Shown one piece after another: positions 38,651 through 52,400 of a DNA stretch of 64,000 nt. The DNA lies in assembly GCA_013265495.1 (NCBI GenBank), contig MU058384.1:6258792-6322791 (forward strand). The letters are read 5' to 3'. This DNA comes from Vicugna vicugna (Eukaryota). Each line of letters begins with the position of its first letter. Positions within the stretch are counted from its first letter, which is position 1. The position numbers and the translations under genes were made by a program. Below the pieces are notes generated by a model. That model searched no databases. It saw nothing but the letters and a program-made list of their open reading frames with translations, and had not been told where the DNA came from.

Positions 38651-40770
38651 TGAACAAAGATTATGCATGAAAAAATATGAAATAGAAGGAAAGCAAAAAA
38701 AGATCAGGAATAGACCCTCAGGATCTGAAGACAGCTAATAATGCAACAAAGTCCAAGAAATGGTTAAATAATTCCATGCACTATACAGCTAGATTGTGTT
38801 ATTGAAAGAATCTAATTTTTTGGAACTACATCTTGAAATTTTCCAGTTTGAGGAAATGCAACCTGGTATTAATAATTTTTGATACTTCTTGGAGACAGAA
38901 TATTGGGTGAGATGGACCTCTGATTTGACACCGTGAAATATTTTGTGTGTTTTCACCAAGGGGTCCTTAGTTTTCACTGCTATGAAAACGATACAGCATT
39001 TGATTTTTCGACGGGCAATTATATCCAGATAAACATTTCAGACTTCTGGAATTACTTCAATAATGATTTTACTAGAAAATTACCATGTCTAACTTAATAC
39101 CTTAAATACAACATTGTCAAATCATAACTATTTGCATAAAATGAATTAGTTGCATTTCTTAAGCTTTTACACATAGACATTGAATAGATAAACTTCCTGA
39201 GGCTCCCTTCGATATTCAGCTGAGATTAATTCCAATGCTACTTTAAAAGTTGGAGAGTTGTTCTGCCTGTCTCTTGATAATTGTAAAGTACAGACAAAGG
39301 CACCCTCACCAGTACCCACAGAATCTTTTTTCATTCTCCATGCGGAAAAACGATCATCTTAAATCATATGTACCATAAGTACTTCCTATATATATATTTT
39401 AATATTCTTCTTTAGATCTCCTTACTATAACCTGCTGGCAATACTATAGCGATGATGAGATGGATCAGTAACTGGAGGAGAACTGGTGTAACTCCTAGAA
39501 GTCACTTCAGAGCTCAATTTCACCAAAACTTCTATTTCCATTTACTCCTTGGTCAGCAAAACAAGTGTGTAACAAAATTGCCCGATTTGAGTTTTATTTC
39601 CTTTCTACATTATTGATCTCTTCTTAGTCAAAGTGTTCCACTAGTTAGTAATCCAAAAAGGAAAAGTAAAGAGAAACAGAAGATCACCAAAGAAATCATT
39701 CTGGTATTATGGGGACTACTTTAACATACAGGCACCCGAAGATATTTGCCAAGAATGCAATTAAAGAATGAAATAAATTATTTCTTCACCTCATATCAGA
39801 AATAAAAAAGGCGAAAAGTAGAAAAGTTTTAAAAAAATGTGATTCACAGAAACGTCTACCTTCACTCATCCAGGAATTATCTATTATATTAAAATTTAAC
39901 AAAAACCATGTATTTTCAGGGATGGCGCAAAAAGATACAAGTCACACCAATAAAATCACCATGAATATAGAAAAAGTAACATAAAAACGATAATTCAGTT
40001 TATGTTTTAAGATGGTCTTTCTAGTAACAGACTTAATTTTAGGGTAAAGTAAAGCATGAGAAATACAAATTTAGTTTTCTCATGTACCCATTTTATGGTT
40101 AACAACAGATTTAAGAACAAAGGCCGACAATGCTACATTCTCAACATGGTTAGCAACACAGAGGAAAACAGAAGTAAATTTAAGGAATGTCAGCTTTTTA
40201 TACAAAGCACATTCTATCCCTTTCCATATGACATCAAGTTCAATATAGTTTTATGAAACTGAAAGAAGACTGTCCCTAGCATCTTTTAGTATATACACAT
40301 AATGTTATTTCTAAGAAGACATTTTACTTTATTTATATTGTATAAGTTTGTAAATTCTCTTTTTTCAAAGTTATCAGTCACATCTGTGGCCCAAGCATCT
40401 CTTTCCAAAAGAGGAATTAAAGGCAAGCAAGACAAAGAATTCGCTGATACACATATGTCACTCCAAGAATTTCCCTGACAAAGTCTCCACACCCAACTTA
40501 ATTACTTCCCTACTGTAAAAACACTTTCCATCTGCATTTATTCTAATCTTTTCAAATCCAAAACCAACACACCATAAAGCTAGCTAAATAAATGAATGAT
40601 ATTAGCTTTAGGTTCCATGTGAGGGAGCATTTTATAAGGCAATGAGTGGGTCTCTAGCTCCCACGCATTTTACGCTGATACACTATTTCATTTTGAGCTC
40701 AGTTCTTTATTTTAGATTTGTTTAGAATAGAATTACCTAGCCCCAGGCCTTATATCTCAATCTGAACTAG

Positions 40771-40883
40771 TCTCTCTCTCTCTTTCATACACACACACAG
40801 AGCAGAAGGAGGGAGACAGGGAAGGGGAGAAGAGAGGGAGGGGAGGGGAAGAGGGAAAGGAAGAGAGAGAGAGAGTGAGAGAA
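40771..40883. repeat. Low-complexity (TC)6 / (CA)n / GA-rich purine tract
   Basis: Read directly. Uninterrupted purines at 40818-40875. Confidence 0.9.
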
Positions 40884-42715
40884 TATATGAATGCTTGTGG
40901 TTTTTAATGAGCAAAAAAGAAATTACTCATACATGTATATGCTAAAGTAGTGAAGTCTGGTGTCTATAATAAAGACATTTTGAGGGTTTTTTTTGAGGGG
41001 GGTGTTGATTATAAAAACTGAACTTCAGTACATGCATATAATAAATACTGTGGGCATCCCTTGATTCGCTGACTACACAGTAAGTCATTGTATCCTTTTG
41101 GTGCAAGAATGTTCTTTAGTGTGTCTTTATTCTCTTTTTAGTGTTCCATCACTGCATTAACTAATGCAGTCCTGGCACTCCCAGACCTAATATCTGTGAA
41201 TAAATAGAGAGCCCAAGAACAGCCACCTCCTCTGTTACTGACATGACAGGGAGTGAACACTGTCTTTTGCACCAGAAGTGAGGAGAGGGGACCAGCCACT
41301 ATCAAACTGTCTGGGCAACACTGAACCAATAAATGATTCTAGGTTATCTTGAAGGCCTTTCCATCTCGGGCTTTTATAAATAAGGATTGTTTTATTTGTT
41401 TGTCTGTTTTTGATATCACAAGGCTTTAGAGTCCTTAGAAATTGATTTGCCTCATTTTGTCTATTTATATTATAGTTTATGTAGGAAATTAGGAATCTCA
41501 TAAAGGTCAGCAAAATGACTTAGAAGGAAATGCCCACAGAGTACAGAGCTTGGGGCTCCCCTTCCAATAATCCCCATGTACCCTGGAATTACTCAGCTTT
41601 CCGGGAAAGATGCAGTGATTCATCCCTTTCCTGATGCCCCAATAAGCTGAAACTATTTGGTTCTATTTTGATACCTAATTATAAAAGACAAAAGTCAAAT
41701 GTCAAAAATCCTGTATCATATTACATACTTTTGATAATCCGAAAGAAAAGACCACATACTTTTTACTATATTTTACTACAGTATTTCTAGGAAATGATTA
41801 GAAGAATATCATACTGCATAAAACAAAGGAAGACTTACTCAAACTGTAAATGGGCTGTGTATATAATATATACTTGCTTTCCAAAAGGAAAACACGGTGG
41901 TCATTAACATTATACCTAGATCTGTATTGTTTTACTGTACCAAGAAAATCACTGCATATACCATGTGCTGAAGCAAGTAGGACAAAATAAACTAAGACCC
42001 ATCTCACTATTAAGCAACAATGTCTTAATGCAAGAAGGTGAGTTATATCATTAACAGTGTATGAAGGATATGCACAAATGGTAGGTACAGTACTTTCTCT
42101 TGCTCATTTAAAATTGAAGACTGGATTTTGAAATAAAAACAATGAAAATGTGTAGACCTAAAAAAGTCTGTTGGGCATCTGTGCCAACCACAAACAACTA
42201 AATGGTGCTAAATTCCTGTAGTGTTACCCTCTGTCCACTTTAATTCATCTTTTTTCAGGCTGTATATAATCAAAAAGAGAATGCCAAGTTAATTCTGATT
42301 TTTCCAATTTGATAGCATTCTCAAAATCTAGCAATGTTTGATTAAAAGAAAACTAGTTTTTTTGGTAAACACAGATTTATATGTTATTCAGTTTCTGGCA
42401 AAATTTCCAATGTGACTACATTATACAAAGAAATTAGAAAGAAAACTGAGAGTGACCTCAAAATAATGAATGCTAAGGGAACGCATTTTCAAGTATTTCC
42501 CGAGATGTTTCCACTATTGTTTCTTAAAGTTGACTTCAATCAGTGTCCTTTTTATTAATATTATGATTAATGGCATCTTGGCCAGAATAATGTATAATTT
42601 CCATACAGATAAGTTCGATGTTTTAAATCACAGTTGCATCTGGAGTATAACATCATATTAGTTCTCCAAAACTGCAATTTTTCTTAAAGAAGTCTTGGCC
42701 TCTGTTTTACTGTAC

Positions 42716-42765
42716 CTGGAATTCTGGGGTTCTGGGACATCTGACTCTGTGCACGTTTTCTTTAC
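42716..42765 (-). CDS. EYA4: EYA4 (eyes absent homolog 4) internal coding exon, 50 nt, phase 0 to phase 2 (second coding exon, 'exon 3')
   Basis: Minus strand reads ttttttcttacag|GTAAAGAAAACGTGCACAGAGTCAGATGTCCCAGAACCCCAGAATTCCAG|gtacag, i.e. polypyrimidine tract+AG acceptor and GT donor. It translates to VKKTCTESDVPEPQNS(R), matching the recalled human EYA4 residues 12-28 VKKTCTESDVSQSQNSR and the expected 50-nt length. Too short to appear in the ORF track. Confidence 0.93.
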
Positions 42766-43853
42766 CTGTAAGAAAAAAGTACTAGTTATTCTCAGATGAA
42801 AATACAACTTCCTCACTCAGGTTCGTACACTTGTTAAACTTACAGTGAACACAGCTCTGCTCACCAAGATCTCTATAAAATACTCCCCACATTTTACAGC
42901 GGCAGCACACAGTATTAAATAGTGTATTTCATTATTATCCCGTGAACAGCTGCCAAAGGCACTTCCCTAGACTCCATTAGCATGTAAAATGTTGAGCTAA
43001 AATAGCTTGGGACTAGCTTAACCAGGAACAAAGAAACCAAAGAACCAGGTTTCCCACTTAGGAACTGGAAAGCCATACTGTTCTCAATTCACTAAGAAAT
43101 GTTTTTCCAATTGATACTGCTTCTGTCTCCCACTAAAGCGCACAATAATAAACACCAGGTTCTGGGGGCAACGCACAGTGTTAGCTAAAACATTCATATA
43201 CTAATTTTCATTTTCCCGATCCAGTGGCTGTATGTTTTATATATTTCTCAGCATATCAATTAAGTTTCGGCATTGCACACAGACTTCTCACATATATTTG
43301 CGGTATATTTTGCAGACTATATTTCAACTTTGTGGTTTTTAACCCACAAAAGGTAAAGAATGAAAATAACTTGTACTTTCAGGACATGCTATCCGTTTCT
43401 GGACAAAAATGTGTGATATATCCTCTAAAATAAGGTAAAGCACAAATCCATTGCCTTTCACAATTTAACGTCAAGCACAGATAGTTACATCTGATTATTA
43501 TGGTCTTAATAGTACGTAATATGCAAAGTAGACTCAATTTCAAAAATCTCTTAACATGGAGCACAAACATATACATTAGCCAGTCCATCATCATACACTC
43601 TGGGTGTTTACATTGCCATGATCTACCTATACAACCTACAGAACCCAAGGCATTTTGACTTCTAATATATAGCTTGGAAGTGAAAAATAAGTCTACGGAA
43701 TATACACCGTGGGCATAGACCACGACTGTGAACTGTGATACAAAGAGCACCAGTTAAGAGTCAGCTTTCGATTTTAAAGATATAGAATTGTCTCTCCAGC
43801 TCACAAAGTAATTCTTTCCTCCTCTGACTCATAAGAATGCTTAAAAAACAAAT

Positions 43854-43874
43854 ACACACACACACACACACACA
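43854..43874. repeat. (AC)10 microsatellite
   Basis: Read directly. Confidence 0.95.
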
Positions 43875-45244
43875 AACCTACGCTTTCAAAAATCTACGCC
43901 TTTTGCTTTCAGCTCTAAGCTTAGACATTTTATAATTGGGAAATCAATTATTTGCTTGATTAACTGTACTCTCATCTACATCCTGTGTGTACATACATAT
44001 AGTACAAAAATAAAACTGATCAGCAACGAGATTATCATCTCTGCCCTATTATGTAACACTTATGTTCTTAATGTGAAATTCAGCACCATGAGATGGGAGA
44101 GTGAAGAAATATTTTTGAATAGTAAGTTAAAAAAAAAAGAAAAAAGAAAAGGGAAAAATGGTATACCTTTTAAAAAAGTAAACATAAAATTTACTATGAA
44201 GCCTGCGAAAGTTTTATGTCTGTCAAAAATTCCAAGAAAAATAAGAACTAAAAGGGAAGAAAACGATAATGAAACCCTTTTTTCCCTCTGGTTCTTTCCT
44301 ATGATCAATCATCAGAAACTGTATGAACTGCCCAAAGAATATGTAGAAATCACCTCAAAGTGAACGTCACTTTCTGAAAGACTATGATAACTTGACCGTG
44401 GGACTGACCAACCACACAGGCACACCAGACACACTCCCAGGCACACATTAGAATGAACCAAGCTTCCTGTGGTTTAAAAAGCGAAGTTTTCTTTTTTTTT
44501 TTTAAATCTTTAATATCCATGGCTTTACAAAACATCATTCTCCAAATACCTAACAGGAAAGTTCTGATTATTTTAATTTATTCTCAAAGTAGTAATTTTA
44601 ATGTCAGAAAATACATCTATTGATCACCTACTATCTAGTATGCAGGGAGTCCCAGATTCATAGCTAATGTTATGAATAATAAGTATGTGATGAAAGATTG
44701 ACGTAGGTAAAGATACTCTTTTAGACACTGTAAGAGCTTTGCATTCTTCGAAGTAATTCTTTTTAGGGGTTTAATTCATTTGTTCATGGTCACAGTAGGA
44801 ATAGTTAAGATATAATGACTACTACAGGAGAGGTCTATACAGTGTTGTGGACGTTCGGAGGACAACCTACCCCAGCTAAAGGAAGGTGGGGATGGCAACA
44901 AAGGAAGTGATTCCAAACTAAGTCTTAAAGAACACAGGTTTCAAAGACTAAGTCTGGAGAAAGATGGGTATTTCAACATCAACATCATGGGGTTTGACAT
45001 ATTATGAAGACCTTATAAATGGTAAAGGATTTGGAATTTAATCTTAGGGTAATGAAGACCATGGAAGGAGTTTAAGAAACTGACTTGGGCAGAGATGGTA
45101 TAGAAGACAGTGTGGAAGGAAACAGGCTGAGGGCTGAAAGGCAGGTAAGAGCCTAATGCAACAAGAGGAAGCATATGTTCCATGAAAGCAGGGATGGCAC
45201 TGATTCTGCACATCACTAATCCCTAGCCTTGAACAGATGCTCCT

Positions 45245-45591
45245 TGCTACGGTCTGAATGTTTGCGTCCCTCCAGAATTCATTTGTTTAACACCCAAAGA
45301 TTAGGAAGTGGGAATTCTGGGAGGTGTCCAGATCAAGATGGTGAAATCTTTATGAATGGGATTAATGCTCTTATGAAAGAGACCCCACGGAGTCCCAAGA
45401 CCTTCTACCAATGTGAGGACACGGTGAGAAGTTGCTGGCTATGAACCAGGAGATGGGCTCTCACCATATACAACCATGCTGGAGCTTCCATCTTAGACTT
45501 CCCAGCCTCCAAAGCTGTGAGAAATAAATTTCTGATGTTTATAAACTACCCAGTCTGTGGTATTTTGTTACACCAGCCCATGGACTATGTA
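45245..45591 (+). mobile_element. MLT1A-type ERVL-MaLR solo LTR
   Basis: Starts tgctacggtctgaatgtttgcgtccctccagaattcat and contains gacttcccagcctccaaagctgtgagaaataaatttctg. Confidence 0.88.
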
Positions 45592-45594
45592 TCT

Positions 45595-45780
45595 AGGTAA
45601 CAGTATTTAATCTATGAAGACAGAGGTGATGGATGAAATCCTCCTTTTACACGTGAGAAAACCGTGGCTCAAAGAGGGTAAACAACTTGACAATGTTCCA
45701 CAGGCAGTAGTAACAGGGATGGAATCAGAACTGAATGCTACATATACAGCAAGCCTTTCTGTATATACTATGCTGGATTT
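45595..45780 (-). mobile_element. MIR SINE fragment
   Basis: ccttttacacgtgagaaaaccgtggctcaaagagggtaaacaacttg. Confidence 0.65.
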
Positions 45781-46183
45781 GCCAGTTACTTTTATTAGAG
45801 TGTCCTAAAATTAAGTGCTAAAACTAACATTCTATGGAACGATTTTTAGAGGAGAACTTACAATTACTTCTTGTGATACATCAACCATTAAATGAATCTT
45901 TTAAATTGGACTACTGAAGTAACCAATTTTTAACCAAGCACTTATAACATATAAAGTCCATCAGCAAAGTAAGACGAGTTTTGAAGAAATTATCTAAATA
46001 CCTCTAGCATCCACCATCACCACCACCCTAACAAGTGCAAAGATGTCTAATGTAAACAATGTCTGGCTTTTTTTGGGGGGGGTGGGGGGTGTCTGAGATA
46101 TCAGGATCCACTCATTTAACAAAACTTTACTGAATGCCTTGGGGTATAAGAGTCACCATTCTAGGCATAGAGATGAACCAGAC

Positions 46184-46460
46184 CTGAACAGTCCAGCAGG
46201 GTAACCACTAGCCACACATGGCTATTTAGAACTTGAAATATGGTCAGCCTAAACTGAGATGTATTATAAGTGTAAAAGGCACATGGAATTTCAAAGACTT
46301 AGTATGAAAAACAGGGAAAAATCTCAGTTTTTATATTAAGAAATGAAATGACATTTAGATATCTTGGGTTATACTTGTGTCTTTTTACTTTTCTAACGAA
46401 AGTTACTCAAAAATTTTAAATCATAAGTGGCTTGGACTATATTGCTGTTGAACACCATTG
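46184..46460 (+). mobile_element. MER33 (hAT-Charlie) nested in an L2 remnant
   Basis: ggtaaccactagccacacatggctattt, tgagatgtattataagtgtaaaa, tttcaaagacttagtatgaaaa. Degenerate 8-bp TSD aaccagac/acctagac. L2-like sequence on both sides (~46110-46560). Confidence 0.85.
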
Positions 46461-49400
46461 ACCTAGACCAATAAAAACCTGCCTGCATGGACCATGTATT
46501 CTAGTGGAGGAGACATAATAATAAATAAGTAAACAGACAAGTCAAGAATATAAAGTTAGCAGCAGTGATTGCCAGGAGAAAATAAAACAGAATAAAGGGA
46601 CAGAAAAGACCAGTCAAGCACACTACATTAGCTAGACAACTATAAAAAGCAGTTGTTCTTATTTCACAAAACCATTCATTCTTCAAGATTTTTAGGCTAT
46701 TATGTACATGAGTAACATAAATTGTACTTTTTAAACAAATTATAAAGAATGTGGGATCTGGTATTGAGAACAATGAATGCTTTCAATGTCTGGAAAATGT
46801 ATGTAGAAAATATAATCTCCAGAATATTTTGCATTATGACAATTATATTCAAGTATAAAAATCTCCTTAAAGTTTTTCATATTTTCTAACCACTAGGTAA
46901 TTTGAGAGGTTTACAATCTTTTGAGGAAAAACAGAATTAACTTACAAAAAAAATTGCAAAGAAAAACAAGTTTCTTTTATCCCATCCACCATCTTCTAAA
47001 AAAGCTGGAACCAATTATCGCAATTATTTTTCACTTTATCTTGCTGTTTATAAATCCTGAAACATTAAAGATAATTTTTTAAAAATGTAAAGGATGGAAT
47101 AATGGAAGAAGAAATTTTTAAAAGACCTCTTTTGTAACTTTATTTTGTTTGGAAATGAATAATGATCAAGCCTTAGAAAATACTATACAGTGATAATATA
47201 AGATAAATTTTAGAACTATAAATCTGAGATTAAAACTTCAGAAACAAAAGTTTGCGGATATAATGAATAAATTATACATATTCTTATGAGTGATAAGACA
47301 ATATTTCTTCACTGAGCTGTGTATAAAATATAGAGATTTGAATGCATTACTGTTTAAGGAAAACAATGGATAAAGAAATAGAAAAATAAAATTTGTTCCC
47401 CAAACACAAGCTATATTGTAGGCTATTGCATGCAATACCCTTTGTAAACACATAAAGTGATTCAGAATTACTGTCAACAATAATTATCACCTTTGACTGT
47501 ATTTCAAATGTAAATACTCCAAAATGTGAATCTGAGCAAATAAACAGTATTTATACAAATACTGTACTGTACTGACGCCTTGAGTCTTGTAGTAATACAC
47601 CCTTTCTAAAATGTATGTTATGACTGGGTGAGATAAAATTATTATAAATAATTGCTGATAAAGCAGAATACATGCCTAACTTTAGTATCATTAGATTCTA
47701 ACTTAGTGAAAGTAAGAGATTTACTGAGGTATCAATCATTGTATGACATTTGCTCATATTTTCTAATACTTACAAGATGGTCATATATGAATTTACGTTA
47801 CATAATGGAATTTTTAAAAATATCTGATAATTATTCCAGCTTTATTCTAGAAATGTAGGCTACACTCTTATTTAATACATCTCAATTAGATAGCCCTTTT
47901 TAAACACATTTAATTTTTTTTCTACTTGTTGAACCAAACTCAGAGTTTGATGTGCCTCCTGTTCCCTAATTAACAGCATTAAATCAATATAAATTAAAAT
48001 ATGTCCTTTTCCATTTTACTTCAGAATGCACATAGCAACATAACTAAGAAAATATAAAAGTAGGTATATGAATTGATTTTAAAATGGAGTCAAAATAATG
48101 GTTGGAATATTCAACTAAATGTTTTTTACAATGCAGGCTTTTGACAAAAATTAGTCTAACGTTTATTTATTTAGAGTAGTGAGAGAAAATACATGTTCAT
48201 TTTCTGAATAGAATATTTAGAAGTTAATACCACTTTAGAAGTAGCACAGGATGTACACTTTAGTGGGATAACCCATGATTATTTGTGCAGTTAAGGAAAT
48301 ATAATTTTTGTTGAGAGGATCAGCACAGAATTGCTACACTGCTAGTTCCATACAGACACAAACTTAGAAAGACACTATCTAAATGGCTTCAATGAAAATG
48401 TCTCCACGTTTCTCAACAAGACCTATTTTACATTTTTTAGGTATGTTACAATTCAGCTCTTGACTTCTAAAAACACAAAACATAAAAAACAGTCTTTGGA
48501 ACATAAACGCTGTCACATAGATTTTTAAAAATATATTTCTGTTTTAATATGCCCATACAAATTTTCCAAAAAATAAAACGCCACTTTGCAAATGGTAGCC
48601 AAAAAATTAAAATTTTGGAGCTAAACTTTGTAAAAATCTAATTACTAAATAATCAAAAACTATTTCCAGAATGTGTCAGTCTTCCTTAGAAACAAAAATC
48701 TTGCAGCTCTAAAATTCACACGTTTCTGAAATTCTTTTCATGGAGTTAGGAAAGTTTCTTTACTCTTTCTTTTTCTTAGTATATCCCTCTTCTACCTCTT
48801 TTATCATTGCTTATCCGAGCTTCTCCCTGCAACACCAAGTATCAGTTTCCAAAAGCCCAAGCTACCGCTTATTTGTTATAAAAGTGCAAGACCCCTACTG
48901 CATACTTGGGAAGTCTGCATCTACTTCAGTCCAGAGGAAAACTGCTATAACCCTTCTTTAACTGCTATTCGCAGACAAAGTGCAAAGATGCAGCTGAATA
49001 TTCTGTTTTTAACTGCAATGGTAAACAAAATAAACATATTCACCCAGAACAGCAGGGTTCAAGGGTTAACAAATAAAAATCCACCAGCAAAAGCCTGAAG
49101 CAGAAATTATTTTACCCCTCCAGTACTGGACTGTCATGGGCAGGGTCTTACTTGATTTCTGGCCTTTAATGCAGGAGCCTTCCAGGACCCAGGTTTGGGG
49201 GAGGGAGGTTATATAAAATTACACACTGGGGAGGAATTATGTTTTAAAGGTAAAAAATCCTATAGGCTATAACTCTTCATCAACTACAACTGTCACAATA
49301 GGGTTCAAATTATTCGAGAGTTCACTGCAAGGTTGGATATATTTAAAAAGCAACTTCGTAACAATGACTCAGGGAAACAAAGCATAATTATTTACGTACA

Positions 49401-52400
49401 GTATGTATGCATTAAATCAAACGTCAAATCACGTGAGCTTTTAAAATTCTGGAGTACATTTTCTCCTTAGTTATGCCATAGTCTTTTGTCACCTGCCATA
49501 AACTCCACATATACTGTATGAAATATTCAGGAAAATTTCAAACTCCTTCCAACAGTATGTTTTTCCATTATTACCCAACAGGGACTATATCAAAGGTAAC
49601 ACAGTACTTAAAATGCCACAAAAGGAACCATAAGATGCCTTAACATATCATGTTACACTCATACGAAAGTTCCCCTCTTAAGTCTGGAAACAAAACTAGA
49701 TTGCTATAATACTCGGCATAAATATGACACATAAGTGTTAAAATGATTTTTTTTCTCACAAATGAGCACTATAACTATAAACACCTGAGAGATATTTACC
49801 TATATATTTTGGTCTCCTTTATACTTTTTTTTACATGAATCTTTTCAGTCCTGGGTGTCACAGATAGATAATATTAAAGCAATGGAAAGGAAAATGGAAT
49901 ATGCAATTCTAAACCAAGAACTAAGCACTTAAGGAGCATAATGTTAATTTGGTAGAATCCACTTCAATTGAATTCAAATTACTGACTCTACTGTACATGT
50001 TCTTACTGAACCAGGAAAGAATAAATCCACCCATTTTAAATACCAAAATCTTTAGCTTTCAATGTCCCTCCATTCAAGTGAAGATTTATGAATTCACACA
50101 AACAATACTTTAAAGGTAATCTTAAGAACTGACCCGACCCCTCTAAATGGAGAAGTCTTGCTAATGCTTTTGAGAATGTTTTTTATATCGTTCTGGGTTG
50201 TTTTTTTTTTTCTCCTTTTTTAGATATTGGAATGTTTTGGCCACAAGGTTAAGAGAAACTTCCCCATTTATCATGACGTGCCAAGCACAACTGGCCCCTC
50301 AACAACACAGACCTCTACCTCTACAACTTAACAAATTCAGCTCATCTTAGTCAAGAAACTTCAAAAGAACCTGGCCACAGGCATAGGTTAGCTATCATTT
50401 GTTTTAAAGCATAAATGTCAATAGTTGTGTAACAGACTCTAGTGCACCTAGCATCATTTGCCTATTAGGTACAATTGATAACTAACCTTTTCAATTTGAA
50501 CAATAATCAATATAGAGTTAGTCTGGTTTATTAATTTATAATTGTTGAATTTTAGTAAAAGTTTGCTAAAATCTCTCTTAGGTTTGAATACATATATATA
50601 CATATTTAAGGTATATATATATATATACCTTAAAAGTATTTTCAATGAATGTATAAAAACTCCCCTAATATGCCCAAGGTATCACAATGACTCTTAAGGA
50701 AAATTGAGAAATTTTTTAACCTTAAAAACAAATTGACAGATAGAATATAAACAATAAAATGTTAAAGGTAATTTTAAATTGAACAACATATAACTATAGA
50801 TTAATCTGAAGATTAATTTATACAAGATAAAAATATATCTAGCATACTGTGTTGATAAAAGTAGTATATAAAGATAGTTATATTTTCAAATTTTGTAAAT
50901 TTAAAATTGTTGCTCTTTCATTAAAATAGCAACTTTTAAAAAGAAAATCCTGGGGCATTGGCACCAAGTTCTTTATTTTTTATATTAACCTATATACAGT
51001 AAGAAAACTGTATTGCTAGCTTGTTGCCTTTTAATCTGATTTTTAACAATATTTTAGCAACACTTTGAATTTCAAAATCTATTCTAAAGTAGTTTTATAT
51101 TATAGTCATCTTGCATAACCATTGTTTTAAGAAATGTATATAAATCACCTTTCCTCAGGTTTTAATCCTGAAATGAAATTCTTCATTAGCAAAGGTAATA
51201 AAACACAGACTGTGACATAATTTACACAGTAAAATACAAAATTATGTGATTTCCATTTGAGTAGATTTTCTATCAAATTAAAGTAACATTTTGAATTACT
51301 TGCAAACTCAAGGCATAAGACAAAACAGTTCCATTTGAAACATATTTCACACATACAAATATGTGCAAAAGAAAAATAGCCCCACTGACTGTGTAGCTCC
51401 AAGTAAAAACTAAGCAATTTATTACAAGCCTCTTTAAATTCCTTAGATGAAAGTGGAATGTAATTAGGTAATTTCAAAATTTCTGTGGCCCAAAATGCTC
51501 GTCTATCATAAAGAACGAAGTACCCTCTGCAGTCTCAATGTAAATTGATCCACACAGTGGTTCAACTCAAGGGTTAAAGAGAAAAGGAATTATAGATTAG
51601 GTCTAACTGTCCTGAAGGTCTCATTCTAGGTAAACCTAATAAATAATGTAGATATACTTACGATTTTTTTCCTTTTTGACCTCAATTAAAATCGCTTTCT
51701 GAGAGGGGGTTCTAAGGACAATTTATCCTGGTTTCCTCAATACACACTTATGAAGTCATCTGGCTTTTGTATTTCTTCAACAGCTGCATTACCTTCAAAA
51801 CTGGCTTGTAGTATTTCCCCAAAGCAAAATGTGAGACTGCCCCCAAGACACACAACCACCTTCCTTCTGCGGGTGGCTGAGTTCAAAAAGTCAGCTCATA
51901 CAATTTCGAAAATCTTAACAGTAATTTATAAAGAACTTAGAGAAGGAGAGGAGAAATTAGAGGTAAAAAAAACTTGGCCTCTCTCTCTCTCCCCCGCAAG
52001 ATGTCATAACACGACATATTATACGGTTATCAGTATTTGCTTTTGTTGCCATTTTTGATAGGTAATATTTTAGTAGTTTAGGAAACTCTGGGTGCAAGGA
52101 CAAATAAAAAGGCAAAAAGCAAAATAAGGTAGTGCAACATCATTATTCTATTACACGGGGTTTCAGAAAACAGTGACTGCAATCAAGGAAAGGAGCAGGA
52201 GACTGGGTAGCGCTGACTGATGCTCAGTAGACGCTGGAAACCAAGCTGGAAAACTTATTGGCTGTGATAATTCATCCTCCCTTTCTTCAAACAGGTTCCC
52301 TAAACAATCTAACTCTGGCAGTAAATCAGTTTTCACAGACACTTAGAATTAGAGAATATTTTCTCCTCCTGACTCGTGTTTTTCTCACAAGAATAATAAA

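Larger units (their letters stand above)
1..42715 (-). other. EYA4: EYA4 intron downstream of the 50-nt exon (continues beyond window start)
   Basis: Starts at the GT donor 42715-42714. The next exon (coding SMEMQDLASPH...) was not found in the window. Inferred from gene structure. Confidence 0.8.

Noticed and set aside
39445..39530. ATGATGA C-box-like motif suggesting a snoRNA
   Set aside because: Antisense to the host gene, with no properly placed CTGA D box or terminal stem.
42900..42925. CGGCAGCACA resembling the 5' part of U6 snRNA
   Set aside because: Only a 10-nt match, no further homology, no TSD or tail. Likely chance.
42945..43006. E-box AACAGCTGC plus MEF2-like CTAAAATAG as a muscle enhancer near the exon
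   Set aside because: The MEF2-like site is one base short of YTA(A/T)4TAR, and a lone E-box is not informative without conservation data.
43854..43885. TAG|gtttgt followed by UG repeats on the sense strand as a TDP-43-repressed cryptic donor
   Set aside because: Weak donor and no convincing upstream acceptor nearby.
43379..44363. Longest ORFs in the track (123 and 135 aa)
   Set aside because: Low-complexity, AT-driven composition, non-ATG starts, no splice or homology support. Expected by chance.
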